Positions 36,450 through 49,249 of a DNA stretch of 64,000 nucleotides are shown here, in pieces (position 1 is the first letter of the stretch; each line of letters opens with the position of its first letter). The notes under the pieces were generated by a model. The model made no database searches. It worked only from the letters and a program-made list of their open reading frames with translations, and was not told where the DNA came from. Made by a program: the position numbers and the translations under genes. Location of the stretch: positions 1,550,001 to 1,614,000 of the forward strand of contig JAYWIR010000020.1 of the NCBI GenBank assembly GCA_036172245.1, read 5' to 3'. Origin of the DNA: Raillietiella orientalis. Lineage: Eukaryota.

Positions 36450-39350
36450 ACCTATCAAGTTAAAGCAGCCAGACCTGGGAGACCAGTGACGGCCAGGAGT
36501 CACTGGCGTGATCCTGAAATCACCTTTATCTCCTGCAAAGAAGGTACCCTTCGTCCCTCCCCGTGGGGTGGTGGTCCCGGCCTTGAGACTCCCCGAGGCT
36601 CTGCAAGGCGTGGCAGCGGTGAACAGGAGGGGAAGGAACTCCCCTCCCTCCTTCTTTCGGCTCTCAGGGGATGCAAAGGTCACGCTCCTCTACCGCAAAG
36701 AGGAGACAGGTGCGTTTGTCCTGAGCCATGCTCGTTTGCGGTCAGCTCCATCCCTCTTCCTTCTCGAACTTTCCCTTCCTTTTCTTCTCTCCCTCTGCGG
36801 GAATGGAGAGGGGAAGGCGCGACCGACGAATCCACCCCTCCCAGAGCGACCAGGATTGCCTCCTTCCTGGAACGCCCTCTACGGGCATTCCTCCTTGCTG
36901 GAGGAATCCCGTCGTATCCCGCCCGAGGCCTCCTCCCTTTCTTCCTCCGTCCATCCGAGGATGAGTGCTTCCGGGAATGCGGGGGCGCGGGCGCCTCTTC
37001 CAGGGGTGACCCCTGCCTCCCTCCTCGAAGCAGCTGAGCTCCGTAACCCCGGCTCTCGCCTCGGTTCCTGGTGCACTGAAAGAGTCGAAAAATTTCCTTC
37101 CTCCCCTTCCGCAGCGACGGGTAGTGGAGGAAAGACGCTTTGTCGTTCGGCTGGATTGAAAAGGATGCGACCTTCGTGGTTCGTTGAGAGCTTTCACCTG
37201 ACGGCTGGTCCACCCAGTTCTCTCCCAAATTTTCCACAGAGGCTCCCTCGCAGGAACAGAGAGGGGCACTTTCACAAGTCCTGTTACTCCCTCCCAGTCC
37301 CCAGCATCTCCAAAATCGAAGTCTCTGAGCGATCGGGAGTCTCTTCCCTGCTCCCGTTGCCGCTTCTTGCAGTCCTCCCGAATGAGGAGGGGAGAATTTA
37401 TCCACCATCGTCCACGCTTGTTTCATCCTGAGGATTCTGCCGAGAAGACGCTCTTCCGGGGGCTCCGCCAGGCCTTCCCGGTTCGGTGTCGGTTCAGAGC
37501 AAGCGAACACCGGAAGACATCCGAAGTCTCCGAAAGCTCTGCATCGTCTTCAGCTCGAGGTGCGTTGACGGGCAGGAATAGGACTCTTTCTGTATATTTC
37601 CTCTTGACTTCCTCCCGCGCTTTGCGCTAGGGTCGGGAGTCCCTTCTCCAGGGACTGCGGGCGGCAAATTTCCCTCGGAGATCTGCAGCCTCCAGTCGGC
37701 CCTCTTCTATCCGAAGCACTTTTCGTGGCTTCTTCCCTTTTCAGGGTGGGCGGTCCGTGCGCGCGCGGGAGCCCCCCGAGCACCTCGCTCAAGGCGATAT
37801 TCCAACCCTCTGAGGGATCCGTTGAGAACTTCGGTTTTCCTGACTACTGTACTCCCCTTCGGACCGTGGCTTCGCTCCCTCCTTCTCCACGTCAGCCGAC
37901 TCTGAAGGGCGTCGCTCTGAACGCTTAGGAAAAAGGAGACATTCTGGGAGCAGTTCACCCTCCTCAGAGCGGAGGCTTCGGCATCCCTCGAGCCGACTCC
38001 TGAGGTCTCGGATCCGGGAATGAGCCAGCCGGAGAGGACCTTGTTGAGGAGCAGCTAGAGGAAGAACTCATCTCCCACACTATCCTCCCTTCTACGAGAG
38101 AAAGGTCCATTTTTCCCCATCAAGCATTCTCCCTTTTTCGAGCGCTCTCTGGGTCCTCTGGGAACAGGCGCTCTCTGGACCATCGGACGAGTCTTCGACG
38201 GAGGAGGAATTGCATAAAAGGTCACCCAGGTTCGTTCCTTTAGCCCGGCTCCCCGTGGCATCGGAGTCCCTCAAGACATTCCTCGGAGAACCCGCCAAAG
38301 AGTTGCGCTGTTGCGCAGCAACAAATCGCCATGCTTCCCTGCCTGCTGTATCCCCCGTCGCTCCCCTAAACATCGTGAACGAGCCTGGAAACGGAGAAGG
38401 CGTCTACTTCTCTCATCCTGCTGCCTTAGATCGACTCCATCCTTGAAGGTAGCAAATGTGCGGGTCATCCAGGAACTCACAAACCAGCACGTCTTCCCCT
38501 GCGGTTCTCTTCGCAGCTGGAAGAGATTTGAGGGTCAAGGGACGACCCACACTTGGCTTGTGTCAGAGGCGAGAGAGATCCAATCAGTGAAGCTGAGATC
38601 ACAGAGGGCTTCCACGGACTGTTCGTGCCTCAATCGCTCCGGGGCATAGCACCACCGTTCTCCCCTCGGAAACTGCCTTCGACTCTTCCGTTCCCTGCAC
38701 CCCGGCGTGTGAATCACAATGCACGGTGCATCCGCTGTCCCCGTCCTGTCTCTTTCCTCCCGTAGATGTCTGCCACCGAGTCAATTTCCTTGACAGCACT
38801 CTGCGGAGACTGAGGGATGAAAATATCCAACTCCTCTGTGTCAAAGCTTGCCCAGCTCAGCACTATGTCCTTGTGGCTCGTTTCCACGGCGCCACTGATG
38901 ACTTACAGGCGCACGTGGCACATCCAATGATCAATCCCACTGCCTCTGCAAGCATCGCCACCCATGGATCGTACACTCCATGGATGGCATTCGTCATGAA
39001 AAACAGTGTGCTGACAGAAAAAAAAAAAAAGAACAGTGTACTGAGCCTTACTTGTTCTCCATAAAGTCGTTTAGTGTACGTACGGAACGATTCCCGATTC
39101 GACACCGGCTGCCAGCATTGCAGACACCTGGAATAATTGGAAATCACACTCATGGATTTGAGAAGAGCGATGCTCAGAGAGGGATGTGTATGCCGATTTC
39201 CACTCTGAGGATCAACAGATGACTGAATGTCTTTAAGGAATGGAAGAGTGCAGTCTTCAGGAAAGGCATTTGCAGACCACTTTACAAAATCTCTTGCTTC
39301 CAAAATCATGATCGACAGATCACAACAGTGAGACCTATTGGACATTCTTT
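36450..39350 (-). mobile_element. Degenerate Ty3/gypsy pol (RT-RNaseH-IN)
   Basis: In order: AMPRSD (PMPRID); CDLSFTDWISLA (LDLxxGYWQIPLA); NLFQLRREPQG (GLFQFRRMPFG); FATFKDGV (YLDDV); STDPS..LSEVL (TDAS..LGAVL); PHSG..IAQRLRFW..CESAPLC (HHCC). Confidence 0.6.
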
Positions 39351-41699
39351 CACCTTACAAATGGCTGCATGTTACAGTTTATTATCTCACAGATTGTTAC
39401 CCTAACAGATAAGTTCTCCCACAATTTAGTTACCCACACAGACAGCTACCTTTGAGGGCAGCTACGAATGCAGGTGACTGCCTCGCAGCTCCCAGAAAGG
39501 ACCTTTTCTTCCAGCAAAGGGCCTATCTTCTCAGTACTAAGTAGCGATGCATTCTGAGCAGCGGGCGGGAGGGGTCAGCGAATTCCCCTCGAGACTTCGT
39601 CGGAGTTTAGGGAGCTCTTGGGTAACAAACTCATAGGCATTTGCGTTCCCTGGAAACGGACCTAGGAATCATCCTTGAGACTGTCCCTCTAAGCGGGAGA
39701 GTTCATTCCTGGGAGAAGAGAGGAAAGGGAGGAGCGGCTGCTAGCGTTGTGGGCCCTCGGGCGAGACGAATCGAAAGGGTCCCCAGTATTCGACCTGTCT
39801 CCTACAAGAGATCACACCCAAGAGAGACCGTGGAAGAGCTCCGGCAAAAGAAACCGCATGTGCCTGGGAAGGGATGTCCGGGAGCGTTCTCCTCGGAGCG
39901 AGGGACGAGAGGAAGTGAGCCAGGATGCGCACGGGGATGAAAGGGAGCGGGCGCTTAGTTTGCCTGCGGGGATCGTGACTCTGCTCTCTCTCAGGCGCCC
40001 AGTCCGGCATCGCCAGGAGCGCTCCGCGCGTCGGAGGCAGCAATTAGCCTTCTCGAATGTAGCCGTTCCGCACCTACCGGAAGTGAGAGCGCTTTAAGGC
40101 TAAGCACGAGTGCGGACGTTGCAACGCAACGGGAGCCAAACCACCTGGTCCGAAAGCCGGACCACGCCCACAGCTACTCATGATCGGGGGCAGCCCGCGG
40201 AGGCGACTCCATCATCTCTGTGAGATGATGGGGTCGCGCGCCCGCAGGGTCGAATACCGCGGGTGTGGGCAGGAGAAGGCGCTTCTCCGCCCGGACTTCT
40301 CGGGTACAGCAAGAGGGAGGGGGGATCCATCATCTCGCGGGAGGAAAGGGCGCATGCGCGGCATTGGTTTGCGCTGAGGAAGCTCGCTGGTGCTGCTCCA
40401 CTTTCCGTGATGCGCCTTCCCGGAGATGTTCTGGTGGAGGCTCTTCGCCTCAGTGACTATCGGATCCTCACAGCTCCCTCCCCAATGCTCTCCTTCTCCC
40501 CTTCCCCGATCCCTCTTGAACCACCTCCGCGCTCCCTTTTTCCTGGACTGCCTTCCCAGAACAGCCCCCAGCCGCTGCCTTGCTTCTGCCCCGACTTTTC
40601 AGGGTGGTCTTCCCGATCTGGACCTCCCCGACCGATCCATAGGGTGTGGTCCCTCTTGAAACACGGGAGAGGCGGTGGCAGCAGCTTCTGTCCCCCTCAG
40701 ATTTCGGAATCCTCCCTCTGGGTACGTCTTCAGCCACCTTGGGGAAGTCAGGGCGCCTTGGGACGCGTCCGTCGAGGTCTCCCTCTCGCGAGGCATCTTC
40801 TTCCCACGGCCGAGTTCCTCCTTCCGCACCGAGTTTCGCCCGCAGCCTAGCCAGTTGCCTGGGGCCGGGATCGATCTTCCGTGACGATGAACCTCGCCCG
40901 TTCCCTCGGTCGCGTTCGGGGGATGTCGTCGTCACGCATAGGCGCTTGTGAAGCCCGTGGGCACTAAGTCCGGGGTTCCCGTTCGCTGCCCCCTCGCTTG
41001 GGAGGCAGCAACGCCCCCGCTCGGAGGAGAGGCGCCAAAGGGAAGGTCCTGACTCACGACACGCCCGAGGTGCTGTAGACTGACGAGGAAATCGGACGGG
41101 CGCGGATAGCCAACCTGACTCCCTCCCGTAACCGCCTGCCTGTGAAAAGGGTGCTCCCCTTTCCTTCTCTTCCCTTCCTCCTCCACCCTCTCACTTCCTT
41201 TCTTCCTTCCTTCTCCCCCCTCATCTTCCTTTCACGACTTTCTTCCTCCTCCTTTTCCACTCTTCTGCAGGTAGGGTGAGAGTGGAGACGGGAACAGCGT
41301 AGGAAAAGAAGAGAGTGAAGACGCATCGCGACTGACCTCTGATCTTCAAGGAGCTCGGCACCCGCGTCTCGTTCGCTCACTCCGGTATGTCTGAAGCAGG
41401 AGACCCGGCACCTCCGCGGACGGGGACGCGCCTTTGGGGAAGGGAGAGCCGTAAGGTCGGCTCCTCCTCCCTGTGGCGCCTGATCTTACCTGGGCGACCT
41501 CAGTCCACGTAGGGGCACCTGCTGTCCGGCTGAGGCGAGAGACAGAGGAGAGACGGCTTTTCGCAAAATCCCCCTCTCCGCCGCCCACACCTAGTGTCGG
41601 GACAGTCAGAACCATGTGTTCTGACTGAGAAAAATTCAAAAAAGGCCAGACTTTATTATAAAATTTAATTGTAAAATTTTAATAATAAAAGCCCCGGCT

Positions 41700-44180
41700 T
41701 ATACGGGTGAAGAACTCTGCTAATTTGCTGCCATCGGCCGATGGACTTTGGAGGGGATGGGAAGGAGGGAGGGAGGAAATGCTTGCGCGCTCCGCCCCTC
41801 GGCATCTTTCCCAAAGCGCCGCTTTGCGACTGCAAACCTCGTTCTCTCGGCTCTCGATCGCTTCCTGGATCCTGAATGGCCATCCGGAGTGCACAGAGGA
41901 GATCTCTGCTCCCTCCAGTGTCCGCGCGATCCTTTCGGAGACAGTCGCTCCGCGCTTCCCTCTCTCGAAAGGCGGAAGCAGAGGTTGTGAAGGCGAGACC
42001 CCGCGACCTCTCGACTGTCCGTCCACTAGACGGGAAATCAACCGGCAGGATTTTCCGGAGTGCCACCCCGGAGCCGACGGAGAGGAGGATGCGCGTCTTC
42101 CTCCGAGGCTGAGGTGGGCAGGTGCCCTTCCGAGTCTTCATGGATCAGCCGCGAGAAAGTGGAGGTGCTGCCAGCGCTTATTCCTCAGAGAATAAACTCT
42201 CCGAGAAGACTGTTTGACGGTTGGAAAGGTAATCGCCTCCTGCCCCTGCCACGACTATTCTGGGCAAGCATCCGACTCCTGGAGACAAGCAGTAGAGGAA
42301 GAGAAGAGTGTGAGGTCGGGGTAAAAGAAGGGAGGGAGGGACCAGCGGGCAGCGAAGGCCGAGGAGATCGAGTGACCGCTGCCACTGCGGTCGTGTCTGC
42401 GGGACCCGAGGCTCACGGGCGTAGCACCTTCGCAAGTCTCCGAATTCCCAGAACTAGCAGCTTGCGCGCGTTGGTCTCTTCGCCGCCTCATACCGGATCT
42501 CCCTCTGAGGGAGTGTCAGGCTGCCGCTGTTTCAGAAGAACTGGAGACGCTCGGAGATTATTCTTGGACCACTGTCACGCTTCCTTCCTCCTCTTTCAGA
42601 TTCGGATGCTTCTGCTCCTTTCGCTCCAAGAGAGGGAAAGCTCTTTCTTTCTAGAGGTGCCGAGGAATCCAAAGGATCCAAACCCCGCGCTCGTGCGCGT
42701 GTGCAGGGCGGGGTAGGGCAGTGGAAACGGAGTTCGCCGCTCTGGCTTCCTCGGACTCTCCCAGAAGACAAAAGGAAGGAGGGTATACGAGGCAACGGTC
42801 CTCTCTGGATGCCGAAGGCACTGCTCTCGGTCCCAAGCCTCGCTGAAGTGGGCGGCAGTGCAATGGCAGCGCACCCGTTAGGTCTCAGGGGGGCTCTCGA
42901 AAACCGTTTATATCAGTTCTCTCGGAACCCAATTGTTTCACCGTTCAAGTCCTGGAAGTTCCTTAGAAACTGCATCCCGTCCATCAGTCCTAAGGTAGCA
43001 GGTGGCTGCCGCTTCTGGTTCGTTCTGGGATGTAACCGTTCATCTCATCCTCATTTCTCCGATCCAAGACTTCCTCGAGCCTCCCCCAGATCGGAAAGGC
43101 ATCCCATCACCTGAAGACCTCTCCCTCGACTCCAATCTGGAGGAGTTTGCTATCAGCCGTTCCTTTCGTAGCCCGAGGAATCTCAGATCACGTCCGAAGG
43201 AATCCCAGACAACCCGGAACGTCCTCCTCCCCTTCTCCCTACGGAAAGGATACCTCAGGCTTCCGCACGTGGCGCTCCCATAGCCGGAGGAAGCATAAGG
43301 AAAGTTCCCTCTCTCCCACTGGAGATCAGTTTATCTGAAAAGATGAATCCGAGGCCTTACAGAGAGATCTTCGAAGGGAAAAAGATGGCCACTTCGGAGT
43401 TCAGCGACCTTCAAATGCCGCTTTCTCTCAGAGCGATATTTGGCAGGTCAGAGGGTGCACGCAAAGAGCCCGGAGGGGAAGTGGGGTAGTGGAATGCCTT
43501 CTTGTTCCTCCCCTTCCCGTCACTCCAGCTGCCTTTCTCCCTTGCGGTCTGATGGGTACCACATGCAAACCCTTCATTTTACGCGTAGAAGACAAGGAGA
43601 TGCGGCTCTCAAAAGAAGGAAGACCTCGTGGATCAGCTGGATGGGCACGTAGGGCCCGAACAGAGCCCTCTAGCAGGCAGGAATGTGCGGGTTGGATGCC
43701 GTATGGCGGAGAAGAGGAGGAGAGAAAACCTCATTCCTGTGTCCTTCATCTTCACGGATTCGATTGCATCTCCAATCTGCGAGCTGATCAGTGCGCAGCG
43801 TTGAGTGGTTTCCCTGAGTGCTGCCTCCTGCTGGCGGAGGGATGAAGGAACGCCTCGGATGGGAGCGGCAAACCATTGGGAGAGCTCTAGAAACGACGAA
43901 GAGGGCACATTCAAGACCAACCCTAACTGGGGGAGGGCTGACGTCCTTTCTCCCCCACGTTCCATCTGTCTCGGTGGCTGCATCCCGAGAAACGGAACAG
44001 CATAGACAACTAGGAGTTCAGCCTTACCTGGGAGGAGGAATCCCATTTTTCCGTTTCTCCCTGATATCCAAAACAATGGCAAGGTCTCAGCAGCGAAAGA
44101 GACAAGCGCAAAGGCAGGGAACAAGGATGGCGAAAAGGAGGAAGGAAGTGAAGCAGGAGCGAAACGTCTTTTTGTCATCG
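41700..44180 (-). mobile_element. Degenerate Ty3/gypsy pol (RT-RNaseH-IN)
   Basis: ELLVVYA..LGLVLNVPSSSF (DDILVYG..GLTLNxxKCxF); RTNQK (ETDHK); WVPRE (YVPGK); GLAFTTSAS (GITHxTSSP); 42911-43036 is a DNA-level paralogue of 50568-50686. Confidence 0.55.
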
Positions 44181-44190
44181 GCTTCCCCGA

Positions 44191-45065
44191 AGATCGTTAC
44201 TATTGGCCTAGGAATGATGGAAATCCTTTTGGGTTCTCCTCTGTCTTCTCTGTTTTTCCCTTTCCAGCATTTTTTTTCCAGGTTTTTCAGATTTTACTTC
44301 TTTTTTTTTGGTTCGCTAAGTACCTCAAGAGCCGGTTCCTCTCACGCTTGGGAAGAGGGCATCGCACCTCCCACCCTGGTTGTCTCCGAAGGGAATCTCT
44401 TTCCTCATTCTCTCCGGAGGGAGCACCCCGGAAGGGTGTCCTCTCCGGAGAGACTCCAGACTGGAGTCCTCTCCATTTCATCTTCTCCGAAGGGAACCCG
44501 GAAAAGATCCGCTAGTAGGAATTCTCCGGAGGGAACCCGCAAACGAACCGCTCCTGCTCACTCCTCTGAAGAGAACCCCGAAGGGACGCTTCCGAAACTC
44601 AGAAGGGGCGCTGCAGCTTCCCGCAGGGGAATCGCTCTCGCTTGCTTCCTTGCACTCTTCTGGAGAGGCGGCGACTCGGAGGGTCCCCTCCGCAACAGTG
44701 GGGGATCTGCTCCTTGAAACAACTGGAGAGGTACCTGTGAAGGCTCCTGCTCCATCTTGAACGAACCGGAGGGGTCCTTCCGGTATGGGGGTCCGCTCTC
44801 CGTTGTACGACCGGAGGGGGAACTCCCCACTCCTTGATTCCTGGAAGGACCCGAAGGTCGACTCCCATTGTTCCGGCCTTCATCGGGGGTCTCCGGCTTA
44901 AACCACCACCGGTGCCACGCCCGAATGTCTCGGTGAACCAGCGCCATTGCAGGAGAAACTCGGAATCCAAGGACTCAGTGACATCAGTTTCTGCCGGAGT
45001 ATTCGAACCCGCGACGCGTGGTGGCACGCGCGGAAGCCTTAACCACAAAGCCTCCGACGCGGGCC
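44191..45065 (-). mobile_element. tRNA-headed SINE-like element, copy B (875 bp, best-preserved head)
   Basis: Minus-strand head ggcccgcgtcggaggctttgtggttaagg (A-box-like, 45037-45055) ... gggttcgaatac (B-box, 44999-45009); subrepeat body; 3' block agatcgttactattggcctagg nearly identical to 47082. Confidence 0.8.
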
Positions 45066-45149
45066 CGAAAGGTGACGTCCAAGACAAAAGGGACATGGAA
45101 AATCGCCTTCAGAAAGAAAGGCTGTCAGATGTCCTCCGAAGATGCCCGC

Positions 45150-47070
45150 AGGCTGCAGGAGAGAACGTCTCCATTAACAAGTGTCGGTCAGCGGCCGCTC
45201 AGGCATGTTCTTGGAGGACGACTTCCGGGCATGCACAGTTATCCCGTTCTCTTTATCCGGAGGAAGATAGATAGAAAGGATGGCAGCATCACCCCCAGCA
45301 GGGAGGATTTGTAAAGACCAACTTCCCAGCGTCGAGCACAGAATCGCCCATGGCGACCGGCCATCCTTGAGAACGCGTAAGTAGACTCTACCCCACACAC
45401 CCCTTCTTGAGTAAAAAGACCGTTGTGAGGTGAACTTCCGGAAACTACCTGAAGTTTCTGTGCCTCTCGAAAGTCTTTCCACTCATAACCAAGGCAACAA
45501 GGCTCACTCTCTCTGGTCTGGAGCACGTACGAATCTGCGAATCCGTGAGAGACTGATTCAAAATTTGGTGAGTGATCTCAGTGAGCAGCAGCTCGTGGGC
45601 ACTCTTCAGTGAAGAGAGCATTAGGGAAAAGGAAGCCTCTTGGATGCTCACCCGGAACAGCAGCTGCTCGAAGAGCAGATTCGAGAGACAGCTGGATCCC
45701 CTTCGTGGACTGGAACAATCCAACCTGGTTGGCGTCGGATTGAAACAAAGCCACCTGGCAGCCCCCACTAAGACGGTGATCTCCCAGGCTCGCCTCTGGC
45801 GGCACCTCCAAGTCACAGAAGCTTCCCCGAGGAGCAGAGCACAAGGGAGTAGGCGTTTTCCTCTTCGCTAGAAGACTGCCCCTCATTCCATCGGCGGAGG
45901 CTGTGGCACTTTGTGCAGAGGGGGCGGAGAAATCCATCCACACGCAGCAGTGGCCATTCAGTTGATTTCCGGAGCATCCTTTGTCACGTGGCAACCTTTC
46001 CAAGGCCAATCTTTGCGCATCAGGTCGCCTAGGGAAAATCCCCCCACTCGTGGTAGCAAGTGGGAAAGGATGGAGATGTCTGATGAAAACCCGTTCTGGG
46101 CGGAAGATGCCAGGCGCAACACGACGAAAGGAAAAATCAAAAGATCAGCCACTCCAGAGAACCACGATGGTTTCAGTCTGACCCCAGGGCCCTTGGACGC
46201 CAAGTGAGACAGTCGCTTTTAGAGCTTTCCTCGAAGGGGAAGAGGATGAAGAAGGAGGCTGATCTTTGCAGGAGCGAGCCAACCTTGCAGGGAGTCTCCG
46301 TCTCTGTGTGCTTTCAGCGCGAGAGATGGGGAAGGCGCTGGGATCGCTTCCCCTCATCCGAGCCATCAGTCGAAAGGGAGAAGGGAAAGAACCCATTCCC
46401 GATTTAACTCCGAGGCATCCCGCCCATTCCTCATCCACTGGGTGTTCCCATTCTCTTGAGTGCCCGAACCTTAGAGAGGAGACGGCTCTCCAGATGCTCA
46501 CTAAGAGGCATGTGATCTCGGAGAAGAGGCGCTCTCGAAGGCATCTTTAAAAGTCTCGAGATGTCACGAAGGAGGATGTAAGGTCCAGGTGGCATTCGGG
46601 CAGCACGGCTGCAGGAGAATTCTGAAAAGGAAATTAACAAGCAAGTGCGACTTTTGCTGGGGAGGAACGTTCAATGAGATGAACACAGGGAACGGTAAAA
46701 CAGAAGGAAAAAAAAAAGCATCCCTCATGGGAAACCTCGACAAACCCGTGGGAACGTTTGCGGGAAATCGCGCAGCCGCCTGTCTGATGAAGACCTGTCT
46801 GAGCAGAGGTCGCTTTTCGCTGCCAGCAAGCAGCGTTGCTCCGGATCTCAATCCTAACTAATCATACGACTCCTCTCAGGTGTACCTCGAGCGTGATTAT
46901 CATCCAAATCCCATTTTCATCTCACCGTCCCTGATCCGAAGAAATTAAGACGAGAGCGGGGCTGGGTGCAGAATTTCTTCTTCGAATCGGCACCCACTGT
47001 TGCCTCTGTTAGCAAAGCAGCATCAATTGAATCTCACAGTAGCAATCTGTTGGAATATAGGCCAGTAGCA
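45150..47070 (-). mobile_element. Degenerate Ty3/gypsy pol (RT-RNaseH-IN)
   Basis: CYCEIQL (AYxQIxL); LLAGSEKRPLLRQVFIRQAAARFPAN (ILVAG..LRQVFxRLxxAGLxxN); SDPS (TDAS); LLFRVSI..LKSAHE..IRTC (RVVIP..LxxxH..VxxC). Confidence 0.5.
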
Positions 47071-47081
47071 ATCCCATGAGG

Positions 47082-47853
47082 AGATCGTTACTATTGACCT
47101 AGGGCGATGTAAATCCTTTCGAGTTCTTTTCTGTCCTTAGCTGTTTTCCTTTCAGCTTTCTTTTGGTTCGCTGCGTACCTCAAGAACCGTCGCGCGTCTG
47201 GTGGCTCACGGAGCTCTTTGAGACTGTTCCATATCACCCAAGGGTGCGTGTAATTCTTCAAGATAGGGAGTGCCCCGGAAGGGGACCACTCTATCAGTCC
47301 AGAAAGGGCTCCGGAGAAGGGAGGCCGTTCCACTCACGCCTGGGGAGGGATCCACCCTTCCGAAGGGAATCCCGTAGGGAATCTCCTTCCTTATTCTCCC
47401 CGGAGGGACCATACTGAAGGGGTCCGTTCCATTTTTTCTTCTCCGAAGGGAACTGCTCCCTGTTTGCTCCTCTGAAGAGAACTCCGAAGAGACGCTTCCA
47501 ATTCTCTCTGAAGGGAGCTCCCCGAAGGGAGCAGCGCGTTCTTTGCACTCTGAAGAGGTATCATCAATCCACCAGCTCAATGGTACGACAAGGAAGGTTT
47601 CCTCCCCAAGTGGGGGTCCTCTCCTTTGCATAACCGGAGGAGGACTCCCAATCCTGGCCACTCATCGAGAGCATCCGGTTTGAGCAGCTACCAGTGCTGC
47701 ACCCGAATAGAAGCCAACCAGCGTCATCTTGCAAGAGGAACTCGAACCCTCGACGCATCCCATCCCTCTGAGTCGATTCCTTCCGACTATTCGCACCCAC
47801 GACTCTTGGTGCCACGGGCGGAGACCGAGACCACACGCCCTGCAACGCGAGCC
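47082..47853 (-). mobile_element. tRNA-headed SINE-like element, copy C (772 bp)
   Basis: Head ggctcgcgttgcagggcgtgtgg..ggtgcgaatag (B-box-like, 47787-47797); ccttattctccccggagggacc body as in copy A; 3' block as in copy B. Confidence 0.78.
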
Positions 47854-47879
47854 AGTTCAAGCGGAGATTTTACTCTGCC

Positions 47880-48600
47880 TCCATGGATTTGAATCAGTTC
47901 CCGAAAGGGGCAGACTCAGCACGTCAGGAATGTTTTCTCAAGCACAGTGGACGAAGGAACAAGGAGCGTCCTCTTCCAAAACTCCTGGTTCGCTCCTGGT
48001 TGGCCAGTTCTAAAGGATGAAAAAATTTAAAAGTGATGTTCATCCTTTGGGTTCCCTCGCCATCGTCCGTTCGGATCTGAGAATGCAGAGGATACCTTGG
48101 CAAAAGATCGGTCGGGCTGAATGCGCGGCTTCATCCCTTCTTCGCTCGCCAGTTCGATTCCCGGTTTAGCAACCCTGTCGCATCTATTATACGGAGGAAG
48201 CTCAACACTTTAAACCCATAAGAGTGATGTAAGAATTTGTCTTTAACTCACCCATAATCCTCTGGGATTTCACTCTGAACGGGGAAAGCTGGGCCACCGT
48301 CTTGCTCCATTCGTCTAAAGGCACGGGCAGGGTGCTTTCTGCGCAACACTCGGACACCTCATTACGGGCCGGAATGATGAACTTTTCCTGGACACGCGAG
48401 ACTTCCGAAGGAAAACCACAAGCTAAAAACTGATGGGGCTGCGTCGGCGAGCGTCGCGTCCTTGAAACGGCACTTCTCTTCCCTCGGGAGCCGAACCGGT
48501 GCAAGAAGCATCTTCGACAGCCGAAATCGTGCAACCTTCGAATTTTCAATTCCCTGCTTGCCTCCCGAGTGAATGTGGGAGGCTGCTTTCTCCCTCCTGA
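47880..48600 (-). mobile_element. Degenerate gypsy reverse transcriptase relic
   Basis: EKFIIPARNEV (ExFxxPxxEEV); PVPLDEWSKTVAQLSPF (QVPLDEESKxLTxFxTPF); downstream TDD..GT / KDEH. Confidence 0.5.
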
Positions 48601-48721
48601 GAGTTACCATCTTTCCACGAAATCATTCGCTTGGAAGTCTCCGGGAATGATTTACATTTCGCATCCACTTTGGACACTGGACTCATCGGACTGGACTCGA
48701 GATCAGGCCAAAATGAGATAG

Positions 48722-48724
<3 letters not shown>

Positions 48725-48766
<42 letters not shown>
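48725..48766. repeat. (GA)21 microsatellite
   Basis: Perfect GA dinucleotide run. Confidence 0.97.
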
Positions 48767-48770
<4 letters not shown>

Positions 48771-49249
48771 CTAACTCAATATTCCCAGCTTCATGCCCAA
48801 TTGCTTCACGGTTCATGAGAACGTCGTTACCAAGAAGACCCGCGATCCTGAATCTTCAATTACTTGTTGTCACGAAGACATGGCAACTCCTCAGGAACGA
48901 AGGCCAATAAATAAGAAAAACTGAAACCTGCAGAGGACGCAGAATCTTGAGATGCGATGGAAAACGAACCAGTCATGTAAATCAGCGTGCCTTAGAAAAA
49001 AAAAGACAATGCTCAACTTCCTGAAGCAGAGAGAATCTGTGATTCATCTACAGCCCAAGAAATTCTTCCTTCGCAACCGCCAATTTTCAGGTTACCAAAA
49101 AAAAAAAAACATGCGAATGCACGGGAATCTGGGACTTGTTTTATAGATCGTCTTTTCGGAATTTTTCCGCTCGCCAAAGTCATCTAAGCAACGCGTAAGA
49201 ACGAGGCGCTGGATGTTTCTCGGATTGGCAGCAGAGATGCCTTCGAAAC

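Noticed and set aside
38863..39345. 160-aa minus-strand ORF with an intron-like T tract as a host gene
   Set aside because: No recognisable homology, and it is colinear with the upstream part of the gypsy pol relic.
44995..45065. Functional tRNA gene
   Set aside because: A/B boxes are present but I could not fold a convincing cloverleaf; it is attached to a dispersed repeat body, so called a SINE head.
1..48000. Bacterial contamination or chimeric join explaining the high GC
   Set aside because: No prokaryotic gene density; animal-type gypsy, SINE and MITE sequences throughout; the GC transition is gradual and paralogous blocks span it.
48105..48170. tRNA suggested by agttcgattccc
   Set aside because: Isolated B-box-like motif without a clear A-box or stems.
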